From an uncultured virus (IMG/VR IMGVR_UViG_3300000115_000010) (Duplodnaviria > Heunggongvirae > Uroviricota > Caudoviricetes), in the IMG/VR virus record IMGVR_UViG_3300000115_000010, positions 1 through 64,000 of that record: a stretch of DNA of 64,000 nt; one strand, written 5' to 3'. Position numbers and translations under genes: made by a program. Within the stretch, counting starts at the first letter, position 1; each line of letters starts with the position of its first letter. This document shows, piece after piece, positions 63,476-64,000 of this stretch. The notes below the pieces were generated by a model. That model was not told where the DNA came from. It saw only the letters and a program-made list of their open reading frames with translations, and ran no database searches.

Positions 63476-63742
63476 ATGGTAGATATGAATACAGCAATTA
63501 ATCAAGTGCGTAATATGGACTCAGATCAACTTAATGAAATGATTGCAGAAATTAAATTACGCCGAAATTACATTTCTAGTACTACTGCCCGTAGTTTAGT
63601 TAAAGGCGCAAAAGTACAATTTACAGGCCGGGGTGGTGAAGTTATAACTGGCACTGTTACTAAAGTTAATCAGAAAACTGTTGTTGTAGACGCAGGCGTG
63701 ATTAAGTGGAAAGTTACTGCAAGCATGTTAACACAAATTTAA
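63476..63742 (+). CDS. Small SH3/KOW-like phage protein
   Basis: AGGAG SD; G.KV.F......GTV.KVNQKT..V. Confidence 0.65.
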   Translation: MVDMNTAINQVRNMDSDQLNEMIAEIKLRRNYISSTTARSLVKGAKVQFTGRGGEVITGTVTKVNQKTVVVDAGVIKWKVTASMLTQI

Positions 63743-63746
63743 TAAT

Positions 63747-63783
63747 ATAGGGGCTTGACACTCAAGCCCCTATTTGCTATGAT
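63747..63783 (+). promoter_or_regulatory. Terminator-like hairpin overlapping the -35 of the next promoter
   Basis: ATAGGGGCTTGA-CAC-TCAAGCCCCTAT; TTGACA 63755, 17 bp, TATGAT 63778. Confidence 0.7.
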
Positions 63784-63806
63784 TACGTGTAACGAAGGAG
63801 AAAACA

Positions 63807-64000
63807 ATGTCAGACCAAAATGTAAAAAGAGACCGTGCTCGTAAATCACTTACTGCTATATCCAAAGCGGCAGAAGCCAAATATGGCGACAATGCACCTT
63901 CATACATGTCGGGCTACTTGGAAAGTGCAATGGTTGAGGCAATGCTTAAGATGTCACAAAAAGATTTTGATAATCGTCTAGCACAGTTTGCGACAGCCAC
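63807..64000 (+). CDS. Hypothetical protein (runs off the window)
   Basis: AAGGAG SD, ATG 63807, open to the end. Confidence 0.55.
   Translation, partial: MSDQNVKRDRARKSLTAISKAAEAKYGDNAPSYMSGYLESAMVEAMLKMSQKDFDNRLAQFATA

Noticed and set aside
1..64000. Stop-codon reassignment, as in some large phages
   Set aside because: Known enzymes (PolB, ClpA, MetK, PurA) are full length in the standard code, and TAA, TAG and TGA all end genes at sensible places.

Overview
AT-rich segment of a large, T4-like or jumbo lytic phage genome, with almost all genes on the + strand (phoH is the only convincing minus-strand gene). Sigma70-like promoter shape and the PurA, Fpr and CCA-adding sequences suggest an aquatic alphaproteobacterial host (inference). 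Layout: (1) small early genes, a HAD nucleotidase, phoH, spanins, DnaJ and ClpA (1-9 kb); (2) late virion genes interrupted by an early-gene island whose promoters carry an 18-bp palindromic operator (9-14 kb); (3) a block of probable head-packaged cargo proteins with T4 internal-protein-like N-termini, plus a CCA-adding enzyme (14-28 kb); (4) a GH19 lysis cassette; (5) DNA polymerase B and clamp, followed by a 7-deazaguanine pathway (DpdL-like, TGT/DpdA-like, glycosyltransferase, FolE, YhhQ, QueE) interleaved with a complete NitT/TauT ABC importer, 2OG oxygenases, an arylsulfotransferase, PurA, PRTases and MetK (30-54 kb); (6) NeuA/NeuB, RNase H and Pth2. The most striking element is an AsnRS-like catalytic core with no anticodon-binding domain, followed 7 nt later by a 101-nt tRNA-Asn(GUU) built on a type-II scaffold with a 10-11 bp variable arm and U at position 37: a candidate phage-specific synthetase/tRNA pair. 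Other highlights are a multi-stem structured leader RNA (13.8 kb), the operator palindrome (including one copy inside a CDS upstream of folE), and shared sorting-like peptide motifs among the cargo proteins. All calls are by eye from motifs; no database searches were run.
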